DNA of 62,152 nucleotides, the filler included, from Asterionella formosa (taxonomy: Eukaryota): the NCBI GenBank assembly GCA_002256025.1. It is 6 parts of 6 records of this genome, joined end to end, with 100 filler letters (N's around TTAATTAATTAA, not from the genome) between each part and the next. Parts side by side here need not be neighbours in the genome. Positions count along the whole stretch, not along the records: positions 1 to 10,322 come from NKIB01009631.1; positions 10,423 to 20,734 come from NKIB01009665.1; 4 more parts are not named here. One strand, written 5' to 3'. The translations under genes were made by a program, and so were the position numbers. The notes below the pieces were generated by a model. The model saw only the letters and a program-made list of their open reading frames with translations, made no database searches and was not told where the DNA came from. This document shows, one piece after another, positions 1-10,937 of the stretch. How positions within the stretch are numbered: the stretch's first letter is position 1; every line of letters starts with the position of its first letter.

Positions 1-986
1 GACAGTTCGGATGGTATGCTTCCACCAAAGTCATCATCATCTTTGCACTCCAGACTTATCACTTGAAGTGTGTGCAACAAAGCAAGCTTGGAGGGAATAG
101 TCCCCTTAAGCCCATTTCTTGACTGCTTGATACCAATGACAGTTCCATATTTGTTACAGTGAACGCCGTGCCAATCACATTCCCGCCCATAGTCCAACCA
201 ATTGTTTTTTTGCTCAATCCATTCGTCTCCAGTCCATTCGAAATAGAGTACAGTCAAAACATAGCGCTGCCAAAAAACTTGATATTCAAAGAGCACGTCG
301 TCCTTGTTCGTAATCAAATTCCATAGCGCCAAATTGGCGGGCTCACATGAAAAAGGAAATGGTGTGATATCCTTGAATACAATCCCCGTGAGCTTCTCGT
401 AAATTGCCAAGTCATCGCCCGTGACAGAAGTAATGACATCTTGACAATCGCACTGGAGCCTGACATTGAAAGCCATTCGTCCAAGTAGCCCACATTGTCC
501 CTTAAAATCTGAAGGTATCGCTTGAATCCCGTTAACTGGAAGTGGCTCTGCCTGTACAGAATTCTTTGTCCAAACAACGACGCCCACACAGACTCCAACA
601 ACAGTGACAGCCCATAACAGGTTGAGCATTACGAAAGTCCAGGCTTTACAAGACGGTTTATTTACTTGTTCAATAAGTTCCGCGTCAACATGCGGCACAA
701 TAATTTCTGTAAGTTGGGGTAACACTGATTCTACGTTGGTTTGTTGTGGTTCCACATTGCTGCACTCTTCTTCGTCACGTTCGCCAATGACACTCATACT
801 GCTGATTCTACTAACTCTTGACGCAAAAAGTAAACGACGTGATAATCGACGTGCCCATTCTGGCATTTGACCGATGGCGCGTCCTTGGACTTGCTGAGCG
901 CCAGGAGTTGCGGTACCGGCCAACGATGGCAGATCCAGTAAAGTAGAAGGTGTTCGGTGTTTGGTGAGTCGACAAGGAGTCGTCAT
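1..986 (-). CDS. Type II membrane leucine-rich-repeat receptor-like protein, 3' end truncated at contig start
   Basis: Not in the ORF track. Manual translation from ATG 986 is open to position 1: PGA motif, TM helix (WTFVMLNLLWAVTVVGVCVGVVVW), LRR N-cap (QRYVLTVLYF...NNWL...ECDWHGVHC), then LRRs (NGLKGTIPSKLALL, FGGSIPSELS). Confidence 0.85.
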   Translation of the reverse strand, partial: MTTPCRLTKHRTPSTLLDLPSLAGTATPGAQQVQGRAIGQMPEWARRLSRRLLFASRVSRISSMSVIGERDEEECSNVEPQQTNVESVLPQLTEIIVPHVDAELIEQVNKPSCKAWTFVMLNLLWAVTVVGVCVGVVVWTKNSVQAEPLPVNGIQAIPSDFKGQCGLLGRMAFNVRLQCDCQDVITSVTGDDLAIYEKLTGIVFKDITPFPFSCEPANLALWNLITNKDDVLFEYQVFWQRYVLTVLYFEWTGDEWIEQKNNWLDYGRECDWHGVHCNKYGTVIGIKQSRNGLKGTIPSKLALLHTLQVISLECKDDDDFGGSIPSEL

Positions 987-1563
987 TGTTTGAATTGGAA
1001 TGACGACGGGAGAACAAATTATGAATGCAAATTGTTTGCTCCTTCATTGCAAAGCTTCAAATTTGCTTGCACAGCCAAGAATAGTGCCTGGCCAAGATTG
1101 ACGAAATCCTGAAGTTGGGATGTGTGATACAACTGCAATTACATGTACCGGTACTAATCTTTTTAGGAATGTCGGCACGCTGTTGGCGGCATTTTTGACT
1201 TGCTTCTGCTGTTGAACATCCAACTGGGAGTGAGTGATGGTTTTTAAATTACTACCAGGTACCGGTAGTATCATTGTTGCAATGGAACTACCGGTATGTT
1301 CCGATCGTAAGTTTGTAACATTGGCGGATCGCGAATTACTGTATATATGCATACCGGTACCGGTATCGTGGAATATGTAATTACCAGTACCTGATACCCA
1401 CTGGTACGTATGTATGTATGGCACCCAACTTCAGAGGAGAGGATGTGATTCTTGCGGGCGGGTGGGTGATGGGCGTGAAAAACCTTGAGACCATCGACAT
1501 GTATGTATGAGATTTGATAAACTGCCCGGTAGACTACCATAGTTCCTTTTTTCGTCCATTTTT

Positions 1564-2871
1564 ATGTTGTCGATCATGATGGGCACTGACGGCGCCCTAT
1601 CAGTCATCGACGAGATTGCTGCTGTCGAGAAGAACCTACCGAATATTAACTTCCAAACCACCACAGCTCATTTTTGCACAGTCATATACTCGAAATTGCC
1701 GAATCGTCGGATTAAAGTAACTCTAACCTTTCCTGACGAGTATCCTTGTCGTGAACTCATTGTAGATGTCGCCACCGACGGGAAAGTACCTCCTGGGCTC
1801 AAGAAGAAACTAGAAAGGGAGTTAGGACAAGTTGCATCGTTCAACAAGGGTCGTTACAACCAGGTTGAGCCCGTCTTGACGAGGCTGCGACAATTTGTGG
1901 ACACCAACAGATTTGTAGCGTGCTGGAAGGAACTACGACAGGTCGTTGATATCGTGCAAAAACTAAGTCAAGCCAAAGATACCAAGGGCACCGCAATTTC
2001 AATCAATGACGTTCAGGGTGTCATCAAGCTCAAACTCTGCAACGGCAATTACTTTTATTCCTGCTCAATTACGATTGATGATGCTTATCCCACCACTCTC
2101 TCCAATCATGATTGGGGTAAGGCTTGTTTGCTGGTGAAAGAAAAGGCCAATATTCCGCCAAATATCGAACAATCGCTAACCATACAAGCTCATCATTTGG
2201 TACGATTCATGCAAGATGGTATGTCTGCGGACGATGCCTTCGTGATGAGCAACCCAGTTAAACTACCCAAGGGAATCGACAAGGGCCGGCAGAATGTGGG
2301 AAGTACGCTCAAAGGATTACATCGTGACACAGGGAATAGCAATATCAAAAAACAAGATTCAGCGATAAAGAAATGCAAAACTAGCAATCAAGGGGATCCC
2401 ATCGTTGAACTGAATGAGTGGGAAGCCGAAGAGAAATCGCGAATGTCTGGCTACAATATATCTAGTTTTGATGGGTCTGATCCACAACCATCGCTGTTGT
2501 CGTTGGTGACATTTCTCGTCAACAAGATTCAAAGACTTCCCGAACAAATCTGTCCTCTTTGCAAAGAGCTTTCATTGCCCAATGATCCCAATATTTTAAA
2601 GTCGTACTACGACCCAGTAGTAGGTGCCGACAAACGTGCCAAGATTGCTCAACGGAACCGGCCTGTCCGCAGCTACTGTGGATGTTGGTACCACTACAAG
2701 TGCTTACATGAATTCATAACGCAGCCCCCTTTTGGAGCTGCGTGTCCTGAAGACAAACAACGGGTCTATCATCCAGATTGGCCGGAAGATATGCAAGAAT
2801 TGGAACGTGCATGGGCAATGAAGCAAGCCAAAGTACGCGAAATCGCGGATGCAGCATCGGCATTCATGTAA
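1564..2871 (+). CDS. RWD-domain plus RING-finger protein, putative E3 ubiquitin ligase
   Basis: 435-aa ORF with RWD-like YP motifs (LTFPDEYP, ITIDDAYP) and a C-terminal CPLC...CGCWYHYKC...CPED zinc-finger pattern. Confidence 0.7.
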   Translation: MLSIMMGTDGALSVIDEIAAVEKNLPNINFQTTTAHFCTVIYSKLPNRRIKVTLTFPDEYPCRELIVDVATDGKVPPGLKKKLERELGQVASFNKGRYNQVEPVLTRLRQFVDTNRFVACWKELRQVVDIVQKLSQAKDTKGTAISINDVQGVIKLKLCNGNYFYSCSITIDDAYPTTLSNHDWGKACLLVKEKANIPPNIEQSLTIQAHHLVRFMQDGMSADDAFVMSNPVKLPKGIDKGRQNVGSTLKGLHRDTGNSNIKKQDSAIKKCKTSNQGDPIVELNEWEAEEKSRMSGYNISSFDGSDPQPSLLSLVTFLVNKIQRLPEQICPLCKELSLPNDPNILKSYYDPVVGADKRAKIAQRNRPVRSYCGCWYHYKCLHEFITQPPFGAACPEDKQRVYHPDWPEDMQELERAWAMKQAKVREIADAASAFM

Positions 2872-2914
2872 AGACGATAACAGGCTGTTGACCTACTAGA
2901 TTTGTGTGTTCAGG

Positions 2915-4135
2915 CTAGTTGTTCACGACGGATTTCGCCATTGGATTGGGACCGAACATGGTATGGGATTTTTGGAATTGGACAAAATCCGGATTGTTGC
3001 AATACTTTCGCATGTGCTTTGCTCCCAACGATGAGACTGCCCCTTTCATTACGACTGTAATAAATAAAATGCCAATAGTGGCTAATGTCCATTGGAGACT
3101 TGTCTGATAAGCCGGAATACCAGCGAAGTAGGATCCGTACCAAAAAAGCAATTCTCCCAAATAGTTCGGGTATGTGCTATATGTCCATATTCCAACATGA
3201 CACCATTGATTTCGATTCCCTGGAATGGATTTGAAGGTTGATTTTTGATAGTCTGCTAATGCCTCTATCAGCAATCCAAATGCTTGAATGCCAAGTGCCA
3301 CCTTTCCTCCGGTGCACCACTGTATTTCGGATCGAGCCTCGAACCGCGACAAGCATGGAATCACCATGAGAACATAAAAAACTGAATAAATCATCCAGCA
3401 AAACAACTTGGATGAAAGCTTTGCCATTTTGTTGACTTCCACCACCTTTTCATGCAATTGAGGCCAATTGACGAATTCCCTATACCAGAAGTAACTTGCC
3501 GTTCGGATTGCCCACGCAATTACGAGACCAGAATGTAGATTTGTCAATGCTGGTATCTTTCCTTTTGAATTGTAAATTAACATAGCAGCTGCAAGAGGAA
3601 ACATGATCCCTAATGCATATCCAATAGTGATAAAGTATAGGAACATGTAAAATCCAGACGATGCTCCCAGCAACGCAAGTGCATAGACGGCTGGCAAGGT
3701 GAGTGTTGCTGTTTCGCCACTGCCGCTCGACCAGAACGCATCTCGGAGAAACAGTGTGGCTGGCACGACCGAATCGATCCACACTTTGGACGATTGTTCC
3801 ATGATAGTTGCTAGATCGACTGATGGTAGTGCCCTCGAGCGAAGTGTAACCCATTGCTGCTGTAGATTCGATGCAAGCCTGGAGGAGGTGCGCTTTGCGG
3901 AGGATGCGAAAAAAGTTCGCCCGGAAATATGTTCATCAGATATACCGGTAGTCACTTGAACGCCCTCGGAAAGAGCCTGTTTCTCCACTTGGATGTGAAT
4001 CTCTGGACGCTCGTCTTGGCCGCCGCGAAGTTGACGTAGAATGGCACTTTCAGGTCGTTTCGGACAACTCGCTGCGACGTAATGTGGAACGAATGGAGAG
4101 AACAAAAGAAGTAATAGAACACATGTATGTGTCAT
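2915..4135 (-). CDS. DUF1295 / steroid 5-alpha-reductase-like membrane protein
   Basis: Motifs IEALADYQKSTFK and GIWTYSTYPNYLGELLFW, several TM helices, and a signal peptide from ATG 4135 (MTHTCVLLLLLF). Confidence 0.85.
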   Translation of the reverse strand: MTHTCVLLLLLFSPFVPHYVAASCPKRPESAILRQLRGGQDERPEIHIQVEKQALSEGVQVTTGISDEHISGRTFFASSAKRTSSRLASNLQQQWVTLRSRALPSVDLATIMEQSSKVWIDSVVPATLFLRDAFWSSGSGETATLTLPAVYALALLGASSGFYMFLYFITIGYALGIMFPLAAAMLIYNSKGKIPALTNLHSGLVIAWAIRTASYFWYREFVNWPQLHEKVVEVNKMAKLSSKLFCWMIYSVFYVLMVIPCLSRFEARSEIQWCTGGKVALGIQAFGLLIEALADYQKSTFKSIPGNRNQWCHVGIWTYSTYPNYLGELLFWYGSYFAGIPAYQTSLQWTLATIGILFITVVMKGAVSSLGAKHMRKYCNNPDFVQFQKSHTMFGPNPMAKSVVNN

Positions 4136-5420
4136 CCTCGTTGCCTCTTTCCTCGCGGCTGTTGAGCTAAGGCTCGTGTTTGTTGAGCGAGTTGTCAAGA
4201 ATGACTACCGGTAGACTCCGGTAACAATTGAATGTATGTGTGTGTGAAAATTACAATCTGATGGTACCAGGTACTCTGCCAAGTATCTGGTACCGTACCT
4301 GTACCAGGTACTTGGCAGAGTACCGGTACCTGATACCTGATGCCTGATGCCACTGCTGTTTGTTGGTGAGTACCGGTACCTGGTACTCCAGAGTTCGGAG
4401 TACCTGGTACTCCAGGTACCAGTACCATGGTGCCTGTTACATTGAGAAAGTCAACTTCCCAGCAAGCTTGAGTGAGCAATATTGCCTTCTGCTTTTTGGG
4501 TTAATTCATGATTTTGGGAAAAAGTGCCTTCATTAGTGACATCGTTTGTTCCAGTACTAGTACTATGGTTGTTTCGATGCCCTTCTTATTTCAACTATAC
4601 ATTCCGGTTTGGTGTGCTTCACATAGATACCCAACAGTGCTTCAGGCGGTCATTTGATTAACCAGGTCTAGCCTCAGGTAAACCCTCTTTCACATGTGGT
4701 GGGTCTTTCAATCTGTTTCGCAGTTTAGATCTCAAATGTATTCAGACAATGTACAAAGCCATCGAAATAGCAAAGCAAGCAAGAGATGAGAAAAATCAAT
4801 GAAACTAAGATATAATAAATTTTCTAATGAATTGTCAACAATTATGTACTGGACAATGTTCTCCTTCCAATTATGTTGTATAGTAACTACTTGCATACAA
4901 GGTGATGCATCAAGCTTATGTCATTGCTGGTCATAAAGCGTATTCACGAGATCAAAATACTTGCTGAAGAATATTGGGCTATTGGTGAAGGATTTGATTT
5001 CGATCCACATGCGCAAAAAAAGGTGTGGGTGTTTGAGTTTATATTCATGATATATTTACAATAAACACAAATGAAATAATTACGATCAAATTCACCATGT
5101 GTGATGTGGACTACACCACTTGCTGTTAAGGTACGCGAAGACACAATACTTTTTTATTGGGAACGTCAAGCTACATACTGCCTTTGAGTCATGGATGGTC
5201 ACTAGAAAACACCAACTACATGTTACAAATCACCTTTTTTAAATTTGAGATCCCATCAACTTCGTTTTGCTTTATACCTTTTTAGGATTGTACTGTAGAC
5301 AGACTACCGGTATACCTGTAGATACCGGTATACCAACTTGTCGATACATTGCAACCTACAAAGTGTAGCACCACCGCACCCCCCAAAAAAATATGTAGAT
5401 CAACTGTTGTACGCACGTTG

Positions 5421-6752
5421 TTATGCCCTATATCCCCGATCTCCTCGATCCATCCGATCGTCCATCCCACGTCCTCTATCGTCCAACCCACGTCCTCGAT
5501 CGTCCAACCCACGTCCTCTATCGTCCAACCCACGTCCTCGATCATCCATTCTCCCTCGATATCTGTCTGGAGAGGATCTACTGCGGCGTCTGCTATCATA
5601 TCTCCTTGGTGACCTGGATCTATACCTAGGAGGACTTCTCGAACGTGACCTCGTTCTCCTATTCTCCGGCATGCGTCGATCTCTATCGTGCCTATTAAAC
5701 CCACCACCACTTCCACTCCGATCTCCTTGAGCCACATATTCAACTGTCAACACTGATTGATCCAATTTCCCTCCATTCACTTGCTCTTTTGCCTTGGTCG
5801 CTTGTTCTATGGATTTAAATTGGACAAAGGCGTAATTCCGTTTCATTTCAATTCGTACCAAGTCACCATAGGGTTCAAATAACATTTTTAAATCGTCACG
5901 TTTGGTGGACACTTCCTGAAAGTTGACCACAAACAACGTGTCAGTTGGATGAATGAGACGTTGACGACGATCGTCTTCCTTGCGCTTGACCCGGCCGTCG
6001 CCTCGAGCAAATTCAGCACGAAGCGCATTGGAGACTCCGGGAATTCGACTGCAGTAGTTGTAGGGAGTGGAAGAGTGAGTAGTAGTGGAATTGTGTAGTA
6101 GTAGCAGGAAGGGAGTAGAAGAGTGTACATGGTAGGGTGGAAGGGTGTCGTGAGTGCATGATGATGGTTCCAAGGTATATAATGTTGGTAGTGTGGAGGA
6201 TGAAGTGTGTACCCATGATATTGTAGGTAGAAAATGAATGTACGCGTCGAATGTAGGAGGACAAAACACACACACACAGACGAAGAATACGGTAGACTAG
6301 AACCACGTCTAGGATATGTAGCAGGTACCGACCAGTTTGTAGGAATGTTGATGGTGGTGGAAACAGAACCCTAACGTCTGCCAGTATATGTAAATGAATA
6401 TATATACCAGCAAATTGCGTGGAGAATGTAGTGTACATACGCATACAATACATACATATAAAACTCACATGCCGTTGATATCCGACACGAAACGTTCGGT
6501 CCTTGCTTTTTCATCTAAACTGGTGGCATCCTTGAGAAAGAGGAAGCAATATCCACGCTTGACATCCACTCGATCGACTGGCATTGCGGCCTCGTCAGTT
6601 GCAGGTCGTTCAAAAATATCACAAACTTGTTCTACAGTGTAAAGTGGATTCAAATTACCCAAAAAGACAGGGCGCAATGTCAAATTGACGTTGCTTTCGT
6701 TGCCTTCAATGCTGTTAGCGGTACCATTCTGTGCAGCTGCTTCGTCCTCCAT
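5421..6752 (-). CDS. Serine/arginine-rich splicing factor with two RRMs (RS31/RS40-like); exons 6752-6469 and 6048-5421
   Basis: RRM1 (RPVFLGNL...KRGYCFLF) and RRM2 (TLFVVNF...KRNYAFVQF) join in frame across a GTGAGT...TGCAG intron at 6468-6049; RS-rich C-terminus. Confidence 0.9.
5460..5548 (-). repeat. 21-bp coding tandem repeat (DDRGRGL, about 4 copies)
   Basis: cgtccaacccacgtcctc(g/t)at unit repeated directly. Confidence 0.9.
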
Positions 6753-7538
6753 TGTTCTACGATGAATTTAGTGTGTTACGTAGCTTTGGGTTGCGGATCA
6801 GTTATGAGTATGTCATGTGATTAGAGCGAGACCCTAAAATACCGCTGCTCAACACAATGCGATGAAATGAACAGTGAATGAAAGGATGACTCTCGTTTAC
6901 CTATCGGCACATACAATACCTACATACATTGCTAATATACTGAACTTCATTTGTATGATGCCCGCATGCAGATATCATAACGTTCTCACCAGCTGAATGC
7001 TCCCTACCCGAAAAAGTCTACCTGTATGTACCTACATATGTATGCATCATTCGTGTATACCGGGTGCACGATTGCTAGTCGAATCTGATGATGTGATGAT
7101 GGTTCGCTCGTTTTTTACATAAATGCAGGTATCTAGTCCGAATTTATTTTCTGGTGGTTGGCTGGCGTTGCTCGTTGATGATGGCTGAGCGAAGCGGGCC
7201 AAGCATTGTTGTCTCTGAATGGATGCTTAAATAAGTACCTCCCTGGTACAAGAGTACCGGTACCAGGTACCTGTTGCTAGGTATGCCTGGTACATAAGAG
7301 GTGATGGACTGCAGTGTGCACAGTATGTATGCTACATTTCCTTTTTTATGGAAGGGAGCCAGCCTATCAAGTCAGGCCGGTGATGAATCTCGATGAAGCC
7401 TTTGCAAGTTGCAGTAAATAAGAAATTTAGCTTTGTTTTCTTTTTGTATAGTAAGAACCGTCTTTTACAGCAACTCCCTCTTGAGATTATTGATGACATC
7501 GCTTCGGTGGATGTCGTTGAGTTGCTTCAGTTGAAAGC

Positions 7539-9077
7539 CTAAACTGACGCTGCAGCATCGAGTCGTCCAGAAAAGGCAAAGGAAACCACACAATCTGTAA
7601 TTCCACGAAAGTAGTCGAACGGTCCAGCTCTCAATTCGTTACACAAAGTTTTTTCAAACACACGGTGAAGAACCAGTGTGTCCACGTCGGAATTCGAAGC
7701 CAAAAGGGAAAGAAGAGGAGGCAAGAAAGGCTGGTTCCCGTCACTAGGATCGCATAGGTGGCAGCGGCCGCTGACGTAGAACTGAAAAGCGGAATACTTG
7801 ATATTCCATTTGCCGTCCACTGCAGGGCTGCTGTCTGCGGGCCCATGGTACTCTTGTGATTCCAATGAAACGCTTTCAATATCAACCACAGTACTTTGAT
7901 GCATGGAGTTGTATGTCATCTTGACACATTCGTCCAAGAACGCCGTTTCGCCCTCATTCATTTGTCCCGTAGATCCAAGCAAGATGATTTTGACTTCTTC
8001 CGCACGCTCAACAGCGGGCGCCGACGTTGAAGGATGAAATTCAACGATACAGTCGTTAATCTCACTGAATGCCGCAACGGATTTTGTTGCAAGGTTGTTG
8101 CAAAGTGCCTTTTCAAATTGGCGATGGATAATGGCTGGGTTATGTGAACCTCGAACTAGGCTTTTCAACAATGCACGCGGTGGAGTGACATCGTCGGCAA
8201 GGGTAGAACCCTGTGTGCAGCTGCGGCATCGCCCGTGAATTGACAGCCACAAATATAGATTCGTAATTTTCGCGGCAGTGCCCGCAAGAATTGCATTTCC
8301 GTGGTGCATGTCTTCGCCAACGACGGAAACAGATTCGACTTGGGTCATTTCGTCATGCATCTCATTGTATGTTTGCATCCAAACCTCGTTAAAGATTCTT
8401 GCATCTTTTTCTGAGAGGTGATCAGCAATACCAAGAATGATGGTTTGTACCACTTCGTTAATTTCGATACTGTTGACATCGTCATGCAATGAGCGGTTCT
8501 CGACTGCGGTTGGGTCAGTTTGAGAATGATAGTTGACAATGCACTCAGAGATATCTTTGAAGGCTGTAGCGGAGCTGGTTCGTAGGCTAACGCATAGATC
8601 CATCTCGAACCGACGCTTCAACATGGCAGGGTCTGTTTCGGAAGCAACTGCTTCACCGTGGGGAGCTTCGAAGCGGGCAAATTCATTGGTTGTCAAACAT
8701 CCTAGGCAGTGGCCTTCGAGATCGAGCTGAAGTACAATATATGTACTCCAGTAGTCATCAGTTACAAGGGACGATGCTGGTGCACGAAGGTAGCCTTGGG
8801 ACTTTGTGTTTAAGGAGCTTTCGGGAAAGTCTTGTTCGTTTTCAATCATGACGCTAGTGACAGTAGCTTGCTTGGAATCATGAAGAGCATTGAATGCCGA
8901 CTTCCAAGCATTTGTGAATATCTCAGAATCGGTAGTGGAGAGGGGACCCTTGACACCAACAAGGACAGTTTCAACGTGCTTCGTGAAGGAGAACAAATTG
9001 CTATGAGCAAGTACACTAACAGAGCAGACGGGAACTATCAATGCGGCAACGATCGAAAAGATGACTGTAGTCTTCAT
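7539..9077 (-). CDS. Secreted protein with three tandem ~150-aa Cys-containing repeats, function unknown
   Basis: 512-aa intronless ORF with a signal peptide; three copies of the pattern G-x-C-xx-C...FE-xx-LC-xx-L...F-xx-I-xx-C-x-V. Confidence 0.8.
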   Translation of the reverse strand: MKTTVIFSIVAALIVPVCSVSVLAHSNLFSFTKHVETVLVGVKGPLSTTDSEIFTNAWKSAFNALHDSKQATVTSVMIENEQDFPESSLNTKSQGYLRAPASSLVTDDYWSTYIVLQLDLEGHCLGCLTTNEFARFEAPHGEAVASETDPAMLKRRFEMDLCVSLRTSSATAFKDISECIVNYHSQTDPTAVENRSLHDDVNSIEINEVVQTIILGIADHLSEKDARIFNEVWMQTYNEMHDEMTQVESVSVVGEDMHHGNAILAGTAAKITNLYLWLSIHGRCRSCTQGSTLADDVTPPRALLKSLVRGSHNPAIIHRQFEKALCNNLATKSVAAFSEINDCIVEFHPSTSAPAVERAEEVKIILLGSTGQMNEGETAFLDECVKMTYNSMHQSTVVDIESVSLESQEYHGPADSSPAVDGKWNIKYSAFQFYVSGRCHLCDPSDGNQPFLPPLLSLLASNSDVDTLVLHRVFEKTLCNELRAGPFDYFRGITDCVVSFAFSGRLDAAASV

Positions 9078-10322
9078 GATGCGATTTTGCTGTTTGTGTA
9101 ATTTGAATCTTTTTACTGATATTGTGAGCTAATGAATCTTGGTTCGATATGCTTTGCATTTTTCGTTTGAAACAACTCCTTTTCAATTTTGTTTTGATAT
9201 TTTCATCAGTTGCTTGGTTGATTCAGTAGGGAGAAGCACGACGAGCAACTGCTTGAAATAATTGATGTCATTTGGGTCATTGTCGGTTACTCGAGATTGC
9301 AGTAACTGCCGGTACAGTTGCGCTGATGACTATGGTCCGAATTTTGGTGTTTCAAATCAATTTTTAATCTTTGATTCGATATTCGGAACGAAAATATGAT
9401 GAAAAACTAATCCCCTCTCCTATAAAGACATCGTTGCAAAGGAATATCTCCATCACCACAACCTACTTTCGTTATCAGCAATTGCCTGTCAAATGAACTA
9501 CCGGTACTGGGAGGCATAGTTACGGTTTCTTCCGACGGTCCTTTAGTAATGATTCTTACAACTTCTCCCTATATTCCTGTAATCTAGTTCGTCCCGATTC
9601 ATTGGTTAAAATACTATCTCGTCCTGTCGTCCACATTACTACCGGTATATACCGGTACTGTTATTCATGTAATAAATGAAATGAGTTTCATTGAAAATAA
9701 CTGACTCTCCGTTCCATACTGGTGGTACCTGGTACCACCTAAAAGCTGTGAGTCAACGTTTGGACGATTTTGAACTGAGAGTCAAAGTTAAATCGAGTAA
9801 ATTCGCGTTTTGGCCTAAATATGCTAGATACGGACATAATTATTCAAATAATGTTGTATCGATTTATGGAACACGGTAACCAATAATGATCGTTTTTTGA
9901 ACTCGTCAATTAGCTATGTAGCGTTACTTCCGTATTTGGTCCCAAAGGTTGCTATCGACGAGAAATGGAATATACTCCATACAGCTAGCATCACCTTCAA
10001 TATATGTACGCAGGTATAAGAAAGTATTTGTCGGAAGAATAGAGGATATTTTTGCTATGTATGGCTGGATGCATAATGAAACTAAATTGGGTAGCCATCA
10101 TAGCTACCGGTACAAAATAATTCTGGCTACCAGTACAACATAATTTTAGCTTAAGTAAAATGTTCTATATAAATAACATTGATATGAATAAAGTTTATGT
10201 TCACATGCATCCGCGATCTTGATTGTTGTTGTCGTTGCATTCATTCATGACAAACATGAAATCGAAGTCCATTGCGCAGCGATGGGTGTGGAATCGTTGT
10301 TGTATCTTCATTGCAACTTCTA

Positions 10323-10422
10323 NNNNNNNNNNNNNNNNNNNNNNNNNNNNNNNNNNNNNNNNNNNNTTAATTAATTAANNNNNNNNNNNNNNNNNNNNNN
10401 NNNNNNNNNNNNNNNNNNNNNN
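10323..10422. other. Artificial contig spacer (44 N + TTAATTAATTAA + 44 N)
   Basis: Identical 100-bp linker carrying stop codons in all six frames. Confidence 0.97.
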
Positions 10423-10937
10423 AATGTCCTGCTGGTGTGTTTTGAGTATTTTTTATCCCTGGCAAAGGATGTGCTACTCGAAAGTACTGTTTTGGAAGGA
10501 GGCACGAGGGGGCAATCATTGATAATGAAATGTACTGCCCCTGTGGTGAGATACATAATTTGTTGCCTGAAACCCGGAAATGATACCGAAATTTCAGAAC
10601 GATACTGGGATCTATGTAGGCTTGTGGTGGCTGAACTCACGAACGGGATTAGAGAAACCGGAACAAGGCAGATTATGTAGATCGTGGGACTTTGGTTCAC
10701 CTCGCTCATCTGGTGCTATTTGCATCATGATTTCCAGGGCCTGCATATGAATGAATATGTAATAGACTAACTACCCTGGTACCGGTATAGTGAACCAGAA
10801 ATATGGAGTCATCCAGTCAACCACTTCATCCCTTGTTGTCTTTAAACTCTGAAATATAGTGCGATCATAGCTCCATCAGTGCCTTCTTCCATATAAAGCC
10901 AGCACAAGAAATTCATAGAAAAGCAATATCATTGACG

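Noticed and set aside
6049..6275. N-terminal extension of the 5421..6275 ORF
   Set aside because: It is intron sequence; splicing to exon 1 restores RRM1.
10367..10378. TTAATTAATTAA palindrome recurring every ~10.3 kb
   Set aside because: Artificial six-frame stop linker inside N spacers.
10423..10709. Short ORFs at the start of contig 2
   Set aside because: Frameshifted, unrecognisable relic; cannot be classified.
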